DNA of 62,966 bases, the filler included, from Octopus bimaculoides (lineage: Eukaryota): NCBI RefSeq assembly GCF_001194135.2. It is 6 parts of 5 records of this genome, joined end to end, with 100 filler letters (N's around TTAATTAATTAA, not from the genome) between each part and the next. Parts side by side here need not be neighbours in the genome. Positions count along the whole stretch, not along the records: positions 1 to 8,063 come from NW_026429210.1; positions 8,164 to 27,915 come from NC_068983.1; 4 more parts are not named here. One strand, given 5' to 3'. The notes under the pieces are model-generated. The model saw only the letters and a list, made by a program, of their open reading frames with translations. It was not told the origin of the DNA and searched no databases. A program made the position numbers and the translations under genes. Each line of letters opens with the position of its first letter. The stretch's first letter is position 1. This document shows, in pieces, positions 1 to 10,045 of the stretch.

Positions 1-875
1 AGTTGAAGTTGAAGAAACCGTTATTTAGAAACTAACAAGGAATCAGTCTGGTTTGGGGCCCTAAACTATACTTATGCATCAGGTCCTTCCTTTGTGGTCC
101 CTTCTGTTTTGTACTTGGGGTCATTGTTTAGGTAAATATTTGACAACTTTACAATATTTCTGTTCATGAAAAAGTCATAACTTCTAATTGTATAAAATAT
201 ATTTAATGAGAGAAGCATTTAAAATACAATAAACAATAAAATGTGCTGTAATTACAGGATGCGATATTCAAGAAAGAATAATGTGTNNNNNNNNNNTATA
301 TATAGATTCAATATGGTACTTAAGTTTAGGCACCAGAAATATTCGTTACCTGGGAAGAACTGTGCATTCACAAGTTCTCCTCCGTCTCCCCTGTTTTCTT
401 GTGAGAAATTAGCCAATCTGGCTTGTGTCACTAGATTCATAGTTAGTCAAGAGGCTGGTGGGTTACCCAGAGTTCTGAAGTTAGTGTTGACAAAAACAGG
501 GTGCAGATGAGAATAAGAATCTCCTCCAAAATGTTCTCAATTCTATGAAAATAATCTTAATCTGGACGTTTGAAAACTCATCTCTGTAAAGTTTAATTTA
601 AAGAAACCATTATTGAAAAACCAACAAGGAATCAGTCTGGTGTGGGGCCCTAAACTGTACTTATGTATCAGGTTCTTCCTTTGTGGTCCCTTCTGTTTTG
701 TACTTGGGGTCATTGTTTAGGTAAATATTTGACAACTTTACAATATTTCTGTTCATGAAAAAGTCATAACTTCTAATTGTATAAAATATATTTAATGAGA
801 GAAGCATTTAAAATACAATAAACAATAAAATGTGCTGTAATTACAGGATGCGATATTCAAGAAAGAATAATGTGT
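1..875 (+). repeat. Direct duplication with 589-bp offset (1-286 repeated at 590-875), first copy ending at a 10-N gap
   Basis: About 65-286 appears identical to 654-875; the first ~60 nt carry several substitutions. Confidence 0.85.
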
Positions 876-1065
876 AGGGTTGCCAGGAGATTTGGTTGAG
901 AGGTCCTTACACCATGGAAAGGAAAGTTATGGGTGTTCAAGAAAAGAGTGGAAGATGAATATTCCATTAAAAAATGGAAAAAATCTAAAATTCTTGGAAA
1001 CACTTTTGTCACAATTTACAACAAAAGAATGTTAAATAAATACAGCAAAGAAGAAACCATAGAAA

Positions 1066-2337
1066 CTACTTTTTGCCTTTCTTCCCTGTTTTAATATGTT
1101 TGTGTTTAGTTAAGTGAATACTTTGAGAAAATGATTTACCACAGATATCACAATGATATGGTTTCGCTCCTGTATGAACACGTTTGTGTTTCTTTAAATC
1201 ATTACTTTGAGAGAATGATTTACCACAGATATCACAGTGATATGGTTTCTCTCCCGTATGAAGACGTGTGTGTTTTGTTAAGTTACTACTGTCAGAGAAG
1301 GTTTTATTGCAGAAATCACAATGATATGGTTTCTCTCCAGTATGAACATATCTGTGTGTAGATAAGTGACTACTGTTAGAGAATGATTTACCACAGATAT
1401 AACAAGAATACGGTTTCTCTCCAGTATGAAAACGTATGTGTTTTTTTAAGCTACTATTGTAGGAGAATGATTTACCACAGATATCACAATGATATGGTTT
1501 CTCTCCAGTATGAATATATTTGTGTGTAGATAAATGACCAGCGCTAGAGAATGATTTACCACAGATATCACAGTGATATGGTTTCTCTCCAGTATGTATA
1601 CGTGTGTGTATAGATAAGGCACCACGTTGGAAGAATGATTGACCACACGTATCACAGTGGAACAGTTTCTCTCCTGTGTGAATATATTTGTGTCGAGATA
1701 AGGCACCACGTTGAGAGAATGACTGACCACAGATATCACAACGATATGGCTTCTCTCCTATATGAGTACGTTTGTGCACAGCAACCTGACCACTGAGAGA
1801 GAATGACTGACCACAGATATCACAATTATATGATTTCTCACCAGTATGAATACGTTTGTGTTTTGATAATTGACTACGGTCAAATGATTCGCCACAGATA
1901 TCACACTGATATGGTTTCTCTCTAGCATGAATATATCCGTGTCTTAATAAGCTGTTACTGTAAGGGAATGATTTACCACAGATATCACAGTGATATGGTT
2001 TCTCTCCCGTATGAAAACGTGTGTGTTTTGTTAAGTTACTATTGTCAGAGAAGGATTTACCACAGATACCACAGTGATATGGTTTCTCTCCAGTATGAAT
2101 ATATTTGTGTGTAGATAAGTGACTACTGTTTGAGAATGATTTACCACAAATGCCACAACGATACGGTTTCTCTCCTGTATGAACACGTATGTGTGTTGTT
2201 AGGGTACCACTTGCAGAGAATGATTTACCACAGATAACACACTGATAGGATTTCCCTCCCGTATGAGTATGTTTGTGCATAATTAGGTTACTTTCTTGAA
2301 AGGACTTTGTACAGACATCACAGTCATATGATGTCAT
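1066..2337 (-). CDS. ZNF-A: single-exon tandem C2H2 zinc-finger protein, 15 fingers (last one degenerate)
   Basis: Repeated CxxC-x12-HxxxH with TGEKP linkers. The ORF-track start at 2349 is TTG; the first ATG is at 2337-2335. In-frame TAA at 2355-2353. Confidence 0.92.
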   Translation of the reverse strand: MTSYDCDVCTKSFQESNLIMHKHTHTGGKSYQCVICGKSFSASGTLTTHIRVHTGEKPYRCGICGKSFSNSSHLSTHKYIHTGEKPYHCGICGKSFSDNSNLTKHTRFHTGEKPYHCDICGKSFPYSNSLLRHGYIHAREKPYQCDICGESFDRSQLSKHKRIHTGEKSYNCDICGQSFSLSGQVAVHKRTHIGEKPYRCDICGQSFSQRGALSRHKYIHTGEKLFHCDTCGQSFFQRGALSIHTRIHTGEKPYHCDICGKSFSSAGHLSTHKYIHTGEKPYHCDICGKSFSYNSSLKKHIRFHTGEKPYSCYICGKSFSNSSHLSTHRYVHTGEKPYHCDFCNKTFSDSSNLTKHTRLHTGEKPYHCDICGKSFSQSNDLKKHKRVHTGAKPYHCDICGKSFSQSIHLTKHKHIKTGKKGKK

Positions 2338-2702
2338 CTCTTTTTTCAAGTGTTACAGGGAAAAATCAATTCTATAATTTTCTCTTTTCTATTACTTTTT
2401 CTTCTCAAATTCCAGTTAATATACTTTTCTTGCTTTTATACGTTGTTCCTTACATACACTTTTACTGCTGGATTTCTGTCCAGTGTTACCTTTGCTTAGC
2501 AACACTTCTATAAATCTATCCAACTTTAATCAGCACAAAATCTTCTCTTCTTGACACTCCAGTCAGCAATGTTCAGAAAATTAGTTAATAATTCTTCCAC
2601 AGATTCGTAGAAACAATGTTACACGTCTGTTTCGTATAATATCTTTCTTGAATCTTTAAAACAAGGCAGATATTGAGGATGCTTCTCCTGTCTTCTCATA
2701 TT
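2338..2702 (-). other. Probable 5' UTR portion of the ZNF-A coding exon, with splice acceptor at 2703
   Basis: Minus strand reads ctctataatttcag|AATATG, resembling the ZNF-B acceptor ttgttatttcag|AATACA. An alternative acceptor (tttctacag) would start the exon at 2757. Confidence 0.45.
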
Positions 2703-2814
2703 CTGAAATTATAGAGAAGCAACAGTGTAAAATTCGATTCATTTCTATTGAGATAAACTGTAGAAACAAACATTTCTTTTAACAACTGAGCTGGATGCCA
2801 ACAGTTCTATGAAG

Positions 2815-3155
2815 AAGTTCCAATCTCTCAAAGAAGATAGAAGTGGGACACCCAAGAAGACATGGGAAAGTCTCAGGTAATATGATAAAGACCAAGATGC
2901 CTGGCTCCCAGCTGTACTCCACAGCAGAAATATTCAGACTCATCCATCTCATGGCAAAAAGCAATTCTGTGGTGGCACATAAAATTGCCTGTGCAGTGCC
3001 ACATAAAAGCAACCTGTGAACTGTGAAGTGGTTGGCACTAGGAAGGGCATCTAGCTCTAGAAACCATAAAAAATTAACACTGGAGTGTGCTGCAGCTTCC
3101 CTTCTCAAACCATCCAACCCATGCCAGCATGGACAACAGGCATTAAAAGATGAGG
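2815..3155 (+). mobile_element. RTE-type LINE / RTE-tailed element, 3' end fragment
   Basis: Decayed (G)RPxKTW...KDxDxW-like coding remnant followed by ggaagggcatc(t)agc and ccatccaacccatgccagcatgga...ttaaa-gatga; the same tail occurs at 22505, 40803 and 58790. Confidence 0.6.
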
Positions 3156-4586
3156 GTGAACTTAATTCATTAAAATTGACATCATAGGATCCTGTGTGAA
3201 GCTTCCATATTTGCAAACTACACTGACACCTTCCCATTGTGTAACAGTTTGAAAATAAAAACTACAGAATGGTGGACACCAACATTAGTCTTTCTCCAGA
3301 AATATAACTTGACATTGTTGTTTAGATCAAAGTCAGTTCTCACAGGAGCACATATGTGGTTATAGACATTCCACCCATGAACATCCTATCTATTTCTCTA
3401 ACATTCTATATCTATAATTATGTCATCCAATACAGTCTTCTCCCACAGGAGAGATTGAAGTGGAATGTGCTGTTATTTCTAGGAGTTCATGTGATCCCAT
3501 GGGGAACTGCTGGGCCTACAATTTTTGACTGATGAAGCAAAAACAAACATTGATGAATGATGAAAAGCCAACGAAATTAGGGGAAAAAATTTGAACAACT
3601 TTGGTTTCCATCCAAGTGATTTGAAGTTCGGTCCCACAGAGCAGCACCTTGAGCAAGTCTCTTCTTTAATAGCAGCAGTGCACATCTAAAGCCATCTGAA
3701 TGGATTTGATAGACAGAAAATGAAGGAAGGTTGTCCTGTGCGTCTTCATATCACTTCACATCAACATGAAAATATGTGCAGACATGGGCAAATATTACCT
3801 TGCTTGGAAACTGATGAGGGTTCATAACAAGAAGGCCATCTGGCAGAAGAACGTCTGCCTGACCCACAAAAGAATGGGAAAATGGGTTTTTAATCGTGCC
3901 AATTTNNNNNNNNNNNNNNNNNNNNNNNNNNNNNNNNNNNNNNNNNNNNNNNNNNNNNNNNNNNNNNNNNNNNNNNNNNNNNNNNNNNNNNNNNNNNNNN
4001 NNNNNNNNNNNNNNNNNNNNNNNNNNNNNNNNNNNNNNNNNNNNNNNNNNNNNNNNNNNNNNNNNNNNNNNNNNNNNNNNNNNNNNNNNNNNNNNNNNNN
4101 NNNNNNNNNNNNNNNNNNNNNNNNNNNNNNNNNNNNNNNNNNNNNNNNNNNNNNNNNNNNNNNNNNNNNNNNNNNNNNNNNNNNNNNNNNNNNNNNNNNN
4201 NNNNNNNNNNNNNNNNNNNNNNNNNNNNNNNNNNNNNNNNNNNNNNNNNNNNNNNNNNNNNNNNNNNNNNNNNNNNNNNNNNNNNNNNNNNNNNNNNNNN
4301 NNNNNNNNNNNNNNNNNNNNNNNNNNNNNNNNNNNNNNNNNNNNNNNNNNNNNNNNNNNNNNNNNNNNNNNNNNNNNNNNNNNNNNNNNNNNNNNNNNNN
4401 NNNNNNNNNNNNNNNNNNNNNNNNNNNNNNNNNNNNNNNNNNNNNNNNNNNNNNNNNNNNNNNNNNNNNNNNNNNNNNNNNNNNNNNNNNNNNNNNNNNN
4501 NNNNNNNNNNNNNNNNNNNNNNNNNNNNNNNNNNNNNNNNNNNNNNNNNNNNNNNNNNNNNNNNNNNNNNNNNNNNNNNNNNNNNC

Positions 4587-4910
4587 AGATCGGGCGTTGT
4601 GAGTGTTTATTGAGTGAAAACACCTAAAGCTCCACGAGGCTCCGGCAGGGGATGGTGGCGAACCCTGCTGTACTCTTTCACCACAACCTTCTCTCTCACT
4701 CTTTCTTCCTGTTTCTGTTGTGCCTGTATTTCAAAGGGTCAGCCTTGTCACACTGTGTCACGCTGAATATCCCCGAAAACTACGTTAAGGGTACACGTGT
4801 CTGTGGAGTACTCAGCCACTTGCACGTTAATTTCACGAGCAAGCTGTTCCGTTGATCGGATCAACTGGAACCCTCATCGTCGTAAGCGACGGAAGTGCCA
4901 ACAACAACCG
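4587..4910 (+). mobile_element. tRNA-derived SINE family A, 5' end lost in the gap
   Basis: High similarity to 6865-7190; ends in gccaacaacaac. Confidence 0.85.
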
Positions 4911-5124
4911 AAAGATCACCACTGGTGCATTCTAATACATATAAATACATATATTTAATATATTTACATGGAAACTGTAAATGTATTTGATATAAGATGG
5001 ACAAAAAAATCACATTTGCGGGAAAACGTAACAGTAATCGATGCACGAAAGGCATGGATGGTTATCTTCGATTTCTTTGTTTCACTCTGGATGTTCATGA
5101 AGGTATGGTGCAAATGAACCACCA

Positions 5125-5535
5125 CGAGGCACAGTTGTCTTTTCCAACCACATGGTTCCAGGTTCAGTCCGACTGCATGACACCTTGGGCAAGTATTTCT
5201 TATCATAGTCTTAAGTCGACCAAAGCTTTAAAAGTGGATTCGGTAGACAGAAACTGAGAGATGCCCGTCGTACACATACTCACGTGTGTGTGTGTGTGTC
5301 CCCCATGACAATCAGTGTTGCTGTATTTAGTTCACCATAACTTAGTAGTTCAGCTAAAGAGACCGATAGAATAAGTACTAGGCTTACAAAGAATAAGCCC
5401 TGGGGGCGATTTGCATCACCCACTCAGTGCAAGCCATTCCGATCCTCCGCCTTTATTGTTTCAGCCTAATTTTAATTTACTCTTTTACTCGTTTCACTCA
5501 TTTGACTGCGGCCATGCTGGAGCACCGCCTTTAAA
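5125..5535. mobile_element. SINE family B copy (+) followed by an inverted family B tail (~5480-5535)
   Basis: ccaaccacatggttccaggttcagtc head, gagaccgatagaataagtactaggc body, then the reverse tail catttgactgcggccatgctggagcaccgcc. Confidence 0.75.
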
Positions 5536-5869
5536 TCTACAAATTTGAGAAAATAAAAGTCTGTGGTGTATAAATTATCCACAACCCTTCATTCAGTTGT
5601 ATTTTTCTTTTCCCAACAAATTCCAACCGAATCCTTCTCTAAACAATCTAAAAAAAGGTTCTTTCAGATAATTTAATTTTTCAGAAAGATAGGAGGAAAC
5701 AAATTCCAAGTTGGTTGGGGCACAGATCGATAGTAATATTGAGAAAGAATCGATAAATTAAAATAAAGAATTGGTTTCCAAACATTTCAGTTGTTGGAAA
5801 ATATTTGAGAATCTTTCTCAAACTAAAACACAAACAACAAACGACGGAGAGGGAAGAAGGTGGCCTCCG

Positions 5870-6560
5870 TAGCTAGAAATAGCAGTCAAATCCCGAACAA
5901 CTCATAGACATATCTCTTTCGTAGTTAGAAATAGCAGCCAAATCCCGCACGAATAAAGGACATTTNNNNNNNNNNNNNNNNNNNNNNNNNNNNNNNNNNN
6001 NNNNNNNNNNNNNNNNNNNNNNNNNNNNNNNNNNNNNNNNNNNNNNNNNNNNNNNNNNNNNNNNNNNNAAATAGCAGCAAAATCCCGCACGAATAAAGGA
6101 CATTTCTCATTCATAAATAGAAATAGCAGCAAAATCCCGCACGAATAAAGGACATTTCTCATTCATAAATAGAAATAACAGCCAAATCCCGCACGAATAA
6201 AGGACATTTCTCATTCATAAATAGAAATAGCAGCCAAATCCCGCACGAATAAAGGACATTTCTCATTCATAAATATAAATAGCAGCAAAATCCCGAACAA
6301 CTCATAGACATATCTCTTTCGTAGTTAGAAATAGCAGCCAAATCCCGCACAGATCATAGACATGCCTTCCATAGCTAGAAATAGAAGTCAAATTTCGAAC
6401 AAAATAATAGATATCTCTCTCTTAAAGCTAGAAATAACAGCCAAATCCCGCACGGATCATAGACATCTCCCTTCCGTAGCTAGAAATAGCAGCCAAATCC
6501 CGAACAAGTCATAGACATATCTCTTTCGTAGCTAGAAATAGCAGCCAAATCCTGCCATAA
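5870..6560 (+). repeat. Minisatellite of ~52-bp units with core TAGAAATAGCAGCCAAATCCCG (left arm of inverted structure)
   Basis: More than 10 visible units in at least two subtypes (…cacgaataaaggacatttctc… and …aacaactcatagacatatctc…); partly in a gap. Confidence 0.9.
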
Positions 6561-6652
6561 TTCAAGGACATGTTTCATTCCTAAAACCTAGAAACGAGAA
6601 ACTTCGCCCCGAACGGAATTAAAAACAATAAAAAGGATTTTCTTTGTTAAAA

Positions 6653-7421
6653 ACTTACGGAAAAGATTTTCTGTTCAAGAATCTTTTTCAGGTTTGAGTA
6701 AAAAACGGAAGAGGAAATAAGAAAGGGAAATAAATAAGTTCACGTGTGATTTAGTCATGTGACGATGGGACTTGATTGGCGGCGGGAATATGACGTCATG
6801 AGTGGAGGCACTATGGCCCAGTGGTTAAGGCAGCGGACTCGCGGTCATAGGATCACGGTTTCGATTCCCAGACCGGGCATTGTGAGTGTTTATTGAGTGA
6901 AAGCACCTAAAAGCTCCACGAGGCTCCGGCAGGGGATGGTGGCGAACCCTGCTGTACTCTTCCACCACAACTTTCTCTCACTCTTACTTCCTGTTTCTGT
7001 TGTACCTGTAATTCAAAGGGTCAGCCTTGTCACACTGTGTCACGCTGAATATCCCCCCGAGAACTACGTTATGGGTACACGTGTCTGTGGAGTGCTCAGC
7101 CACTTGCACGTTAATTTTACGAGCAGGCTGTTCCGTTGATCCGATCAACTGGAACGCTCCTCGTCGTAAGCGACGGAGTGCCAACAACAAATGGAGATAA
7201 TGAGACTTGGCTGCTTTTAATTATTGCAGAAGAGGAGAGACGCATGCGCATTGAACATGCCTCCAACCTGATGTTGACATCCGGTCAAATGTCTTACGCT
7301 TTAATTTCTCTTAATTAATTGACAATAAATCCATTTAGAATTCTTAGAATCCAGATCTCGACTACCACCATATACCCACATATATAAACAACACTATCCT
7401 TTCTGAAACATTTGCGTAAGT
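6653..7421. promoter_or_regulatory. Putative bidirectional promoter with two divergent first exons
   Basis: CACGTG 6741, ATTGG 6775, GGCGGGA 6781, TGACGTCA 6791, CGCATGCGCA 7241. Minus-strand GTAAGT donor at 6658-6653 and plus-strand GTAAGT donor at 7416-7421. Confidence 0.6.
6802..7190 (+). mobile_element. Full-length tRNA-derived SINE family A inserted in the promoter core
   Basis: A box TGGCCCAGTGG, B box GGTTTCGATTCC, body shared with 4587-4910, (CAA)n tail. Confidence 0.9.
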
Positions 7422-7529
7422 ATTAATGAAAATATTCAATGTTTTTAATTCTGTAGACGTTCGCTTTTTGGCGCCAAAATTCTTTCTTGCTCTTCTATCC
7501 TTTAGCAAAGAGAGATGTCCTTGATTTTT

Positions 7530-7865
7530 CAGGGATTTGGCTGTTATTTCTAGCTATAGGGGAGAGATGACTGCATTGTGTGGGATTTGGCTGTTATTTC
7601 TAGCTACAAAAAAGATATGTCTATGACTTGTTTGAGATTTGGCTGCTATTTCTAGCTTTAGGAGAGAGATGACTATGAATTGTGTGGGATTTGGCTGTTA
7701 TTTCTAGCTACAAAAGAGATATGTCTATGAGTTGTGTGGAATTTGACTGGTATTTCTAACTATGGAAGGGAGATGTCTATGATTTGTTTGAGATTTGGCT
7801 GCTATTTCTAGCTTTAGGAGAGAGATGACTAAGAATTGTGTGGGATTTGGCTGCTATTTCTAGCT
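7530..7865 (-). repeat. Minisatellite, inverted relative to 5870-6560 (right arm)
   Basis: About 7 units with core GGGATTTGGCTGCTATTTCTAGCT. Confidence 0.9.
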
Positions 7866-8107
7866 ATGTAAGGTACCGTACATGGTTAGTATTATTTTTT
7901 TTTTTTCTCAAATACATTTCAATCGCTGAAATGTTCAGAAACCAATTCTTCGTAAAGTTTTCATTTATTTATTTATATTCATTTTCATGACCTTTTGAAT
8001 TTGTCATTCATTTTCAAGTGAGGGAAGAAAAAATCGAAAGATGGCCCTTTTTGTGTGTGTATANNNNNNNNNNNNNNNNNNNNNNNNNNNNNNNNNNNNN
8101 NNNNNNN

Positions 8108-8119
8108 TTAATTAATTAA
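8108..8119. other. Artificial gap spacer TTAATTAATTAA (also at ~27960, 40747, 57543, 60084)
   Basis: The identical 12-mer sits between N runs five times and contains stops in all six frames. Confidence 0.9.
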
Positions 8120-8163
8120 NNNNNNNNNNNNNNNNNNNNNNNNNNNNNNNNNNNNNNNNNNNN

Positions 8164-8196
<33 letters not shown>

Positions 8197-8340
8197 GGTA
8201 TGTATGATTCTGTATAGAAGAATATATTACTCAAAGAAATTCCAACTTTGATTTTCACGTTTTATTTACAATCTTATTTGATATAATATAAGATAATATA
8301 ATATAATAAAATGATAGAGTATTAGATATCCATTCTTGAT

Positions 8341-8385
8341 TGAACTAGTACTTTCAGGCGTTAAACTCTGCAATCTTCAGGTTCA
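8341..8385 (-). ncRNA. Minimal type I hammerhead ribozyme motif (minus strand)
   Basis: Minus strand reads TGAAC-CTGAAGA-TTGCAGAGTTTAACGCCT-GAAA-GTACT-A-GTTCA. Stem I TGAAC/GTTCA is perfect; stem II is partly decayed. Confidence 0.6.
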
Positions 8386-9207
8386 TGTAGCAGTAGTAAC
8401 AGTTATGTTTTACAATTTACAACTGTAGTGAGGTGGCTAAACTGTGTGCCTTAAATACATTTGTATAGGTTCCGGAAGGTTAATTGTTGCAAACTATATT
8501 CTGACCAATCAGTGCGTGGCTTTACTAAATTACATAAGTTGATTGGTGTTTTTGGTTTAGGCGTCACGGTTTGTTGAACATGTCAAGAGACCTGTATTTT
8601 GACCCTGGCCAAAGCAGTAATTGTTGGGTTATTTTTAGAAATGTAAACATTTTCCAGAGATTTTTACATTTCAGTTATTTTCACCATTATCATTTCCTTT
8701 ATTATTGTTGTCGTTGTTGCTGTTGTTGTTGTTAATGGTGGTGGTGGTGGTGGTGGTGGTAAGAGTAGCTGTGGTAATAGAACTTTAAACCCCAAAATAA
8801 GATTATTTTTGCTGACTTTTCTCTTGACTTAGCTAGTATTTCCCTGCTATCGTCATCATGAGCACCTTTAGTATTGTTGTTGTTGTTGTTGTTAAGGGTC
8901 GTAGCAGTAGAAATAGTACCTCTAAGTATTATTATTGTTTATTTAGCTTGGGCTGGAATTTATTAATAAAGTTCTTTTCTCTGATTTTTTAAAAATTTCA
9001 CTTGAACTGTGTAGTTTGTAGAATGGAAATATAAATATTTTCCGACCGTATGTTGCTAAACAAAACACCAATCAACTTAATTTAGTAAAATCACACACTG
9101 ATTGGTCAGAATACCAAATGGAGCCTATGCAAATGTATTTAAGGCACACAGTTTAGCCATCTCACTACAGTTGTAAATTGTAAAACATAACTGTAACCAC
9201 TACTATA

Positions 9208-9252
9208 TGAACCTGAAGATTGCATAGTTTAATACATGAAAGTACTAGTTCA
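9208..9252 (+). ncRNA. Minimal type I hammerhead ribozyme motif (plus strand)
   Basis: TGAAC-CTGAAGA-TTGCATAGTTTAATACAT-GAAA-GTACT-A-GTTCA. CUGANGA and GAAA cores, palindromic AGTACT stem III, predicted cleavage after A9247. Confidence 0.65.
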
Positions 9253-9344
9253 ATCAAGAATGGACATTTAATACTCTATCATTTTATTATATTATATTAT
9301 CATAAGATTGTAAATAAAACGTGAAAATCAGATAAAGTTGGAAT

Positions 9345-9498
9345 AGTGGTTGTGTGGTAAGTAGCTTGCTTACCAACCACATGGTTCCAGGTTCAGTCCC
9401 ACTGCATGGCACCTTGCGCAAGTGTCTTCTACTATAGCCTCGGGCCGACTAAAGCCTTGTGAGTGGATTTGGTAGACGGAAGCTGAAAGAAGCCTGTC

Positions 9499-9587
<89 letters not shown>

Positions 9588-9595
9588 TGTGTCTG
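9345..9595 (+). mobile_element. SINE family B with internal (GT)n
   Basis: gtgtggtaagtagcttgcttaccaaccacatggttccaggttcagtccc...gtggatttggtagacggaagctgaaagaagcc. Confidence 0.85.
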
Positions 9596-9759
9596 TGTTC
9601 CAGACATACAAGGTTAGAAAATACTAGCCAAAGGCGTCGCACAGTAGGACTGAACCCGAATCCAGGTAGTTCGAAACAAACTTCTTAAGATTTTGCACGT
9701 CTTCAGAGACTGACAGAAGGGAAACTCGAAGGTTTCTGCAAAGCGTGGACATGAAACAG

Positions 9760-10045
9760 AGTGGATTCTGTATCTTCAGCCTCTCACTTAACAAAGCTAT
9801 TTTCAAAGGCGCTTCTATGTATTACAGTGATGCTTTAAAACGATTTGGTTTCACTGGAAAAATTAAACGTATAAGAAATAATAAAACACCCAGTATCACG
9901 AAAAATATAACTAGAAATAGGAACATAATCTGGTATAATTTCTTTTTAACCCATAAGTCCTGTCCCCAGTAGTAAAAATTTTCTTTAATTTGTTGTAAAA
10001 CATTCCTCTACAAGCATAAGTATAATAATCTTGTCAATAAAATCT
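9760..10045 (+). mobile_element. Penelope-like element remnant (region C-terminal to the RT)
   Basis: Translates to YYSDALKRFGF...RNRNIIWYN, then frameshifted KIFFNLL..HxPLQHKY, matching the PLE motif YxDALKxSGY...RNIIWFNPP...HFP. Confidence 0.65.

Larger units (their letters stand above)
8239..9344. repeat. Long inverted repeat: arms 8239-8560 and 9056-9344, ~500-bp spacer; probable Penelope-like terminal repeats
   Basis: The arms align as reverse complements over ~300 bp, from attccaact to agttggaat, and each contains a hammerhead motif. Confidence 0.88.

Noticed and set aside
1131-1739. ORFs overlapping ZNF-A in other frames (MIYHRYH... repeats); likewise 47071-48582 and 53760-54005
   Set aside because: Shadow frames of the periodic zinc-finger codons, not independent genes.
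3751-4627. Long track ORFs spanning N runs (also 14824-15264, 20737-21489, 58021-58930, 60257-61507)
   Set aside because: Their length comes from X residues in assembly gaps.
5870-6560. CRISPR-like repeat/spacer appearance of the ~52-bp array
   Set aside because: The inter-core sequences are themselves repeated and homologous, there are no cas genes, and the context is eukaryotic; it is a minisatellite.
6802-6875. tRNA-like sequence (also the heads of SINE families B and C)
   Set aside because: No complete cloverleaf; it continues into a SINE body shared with other copies.
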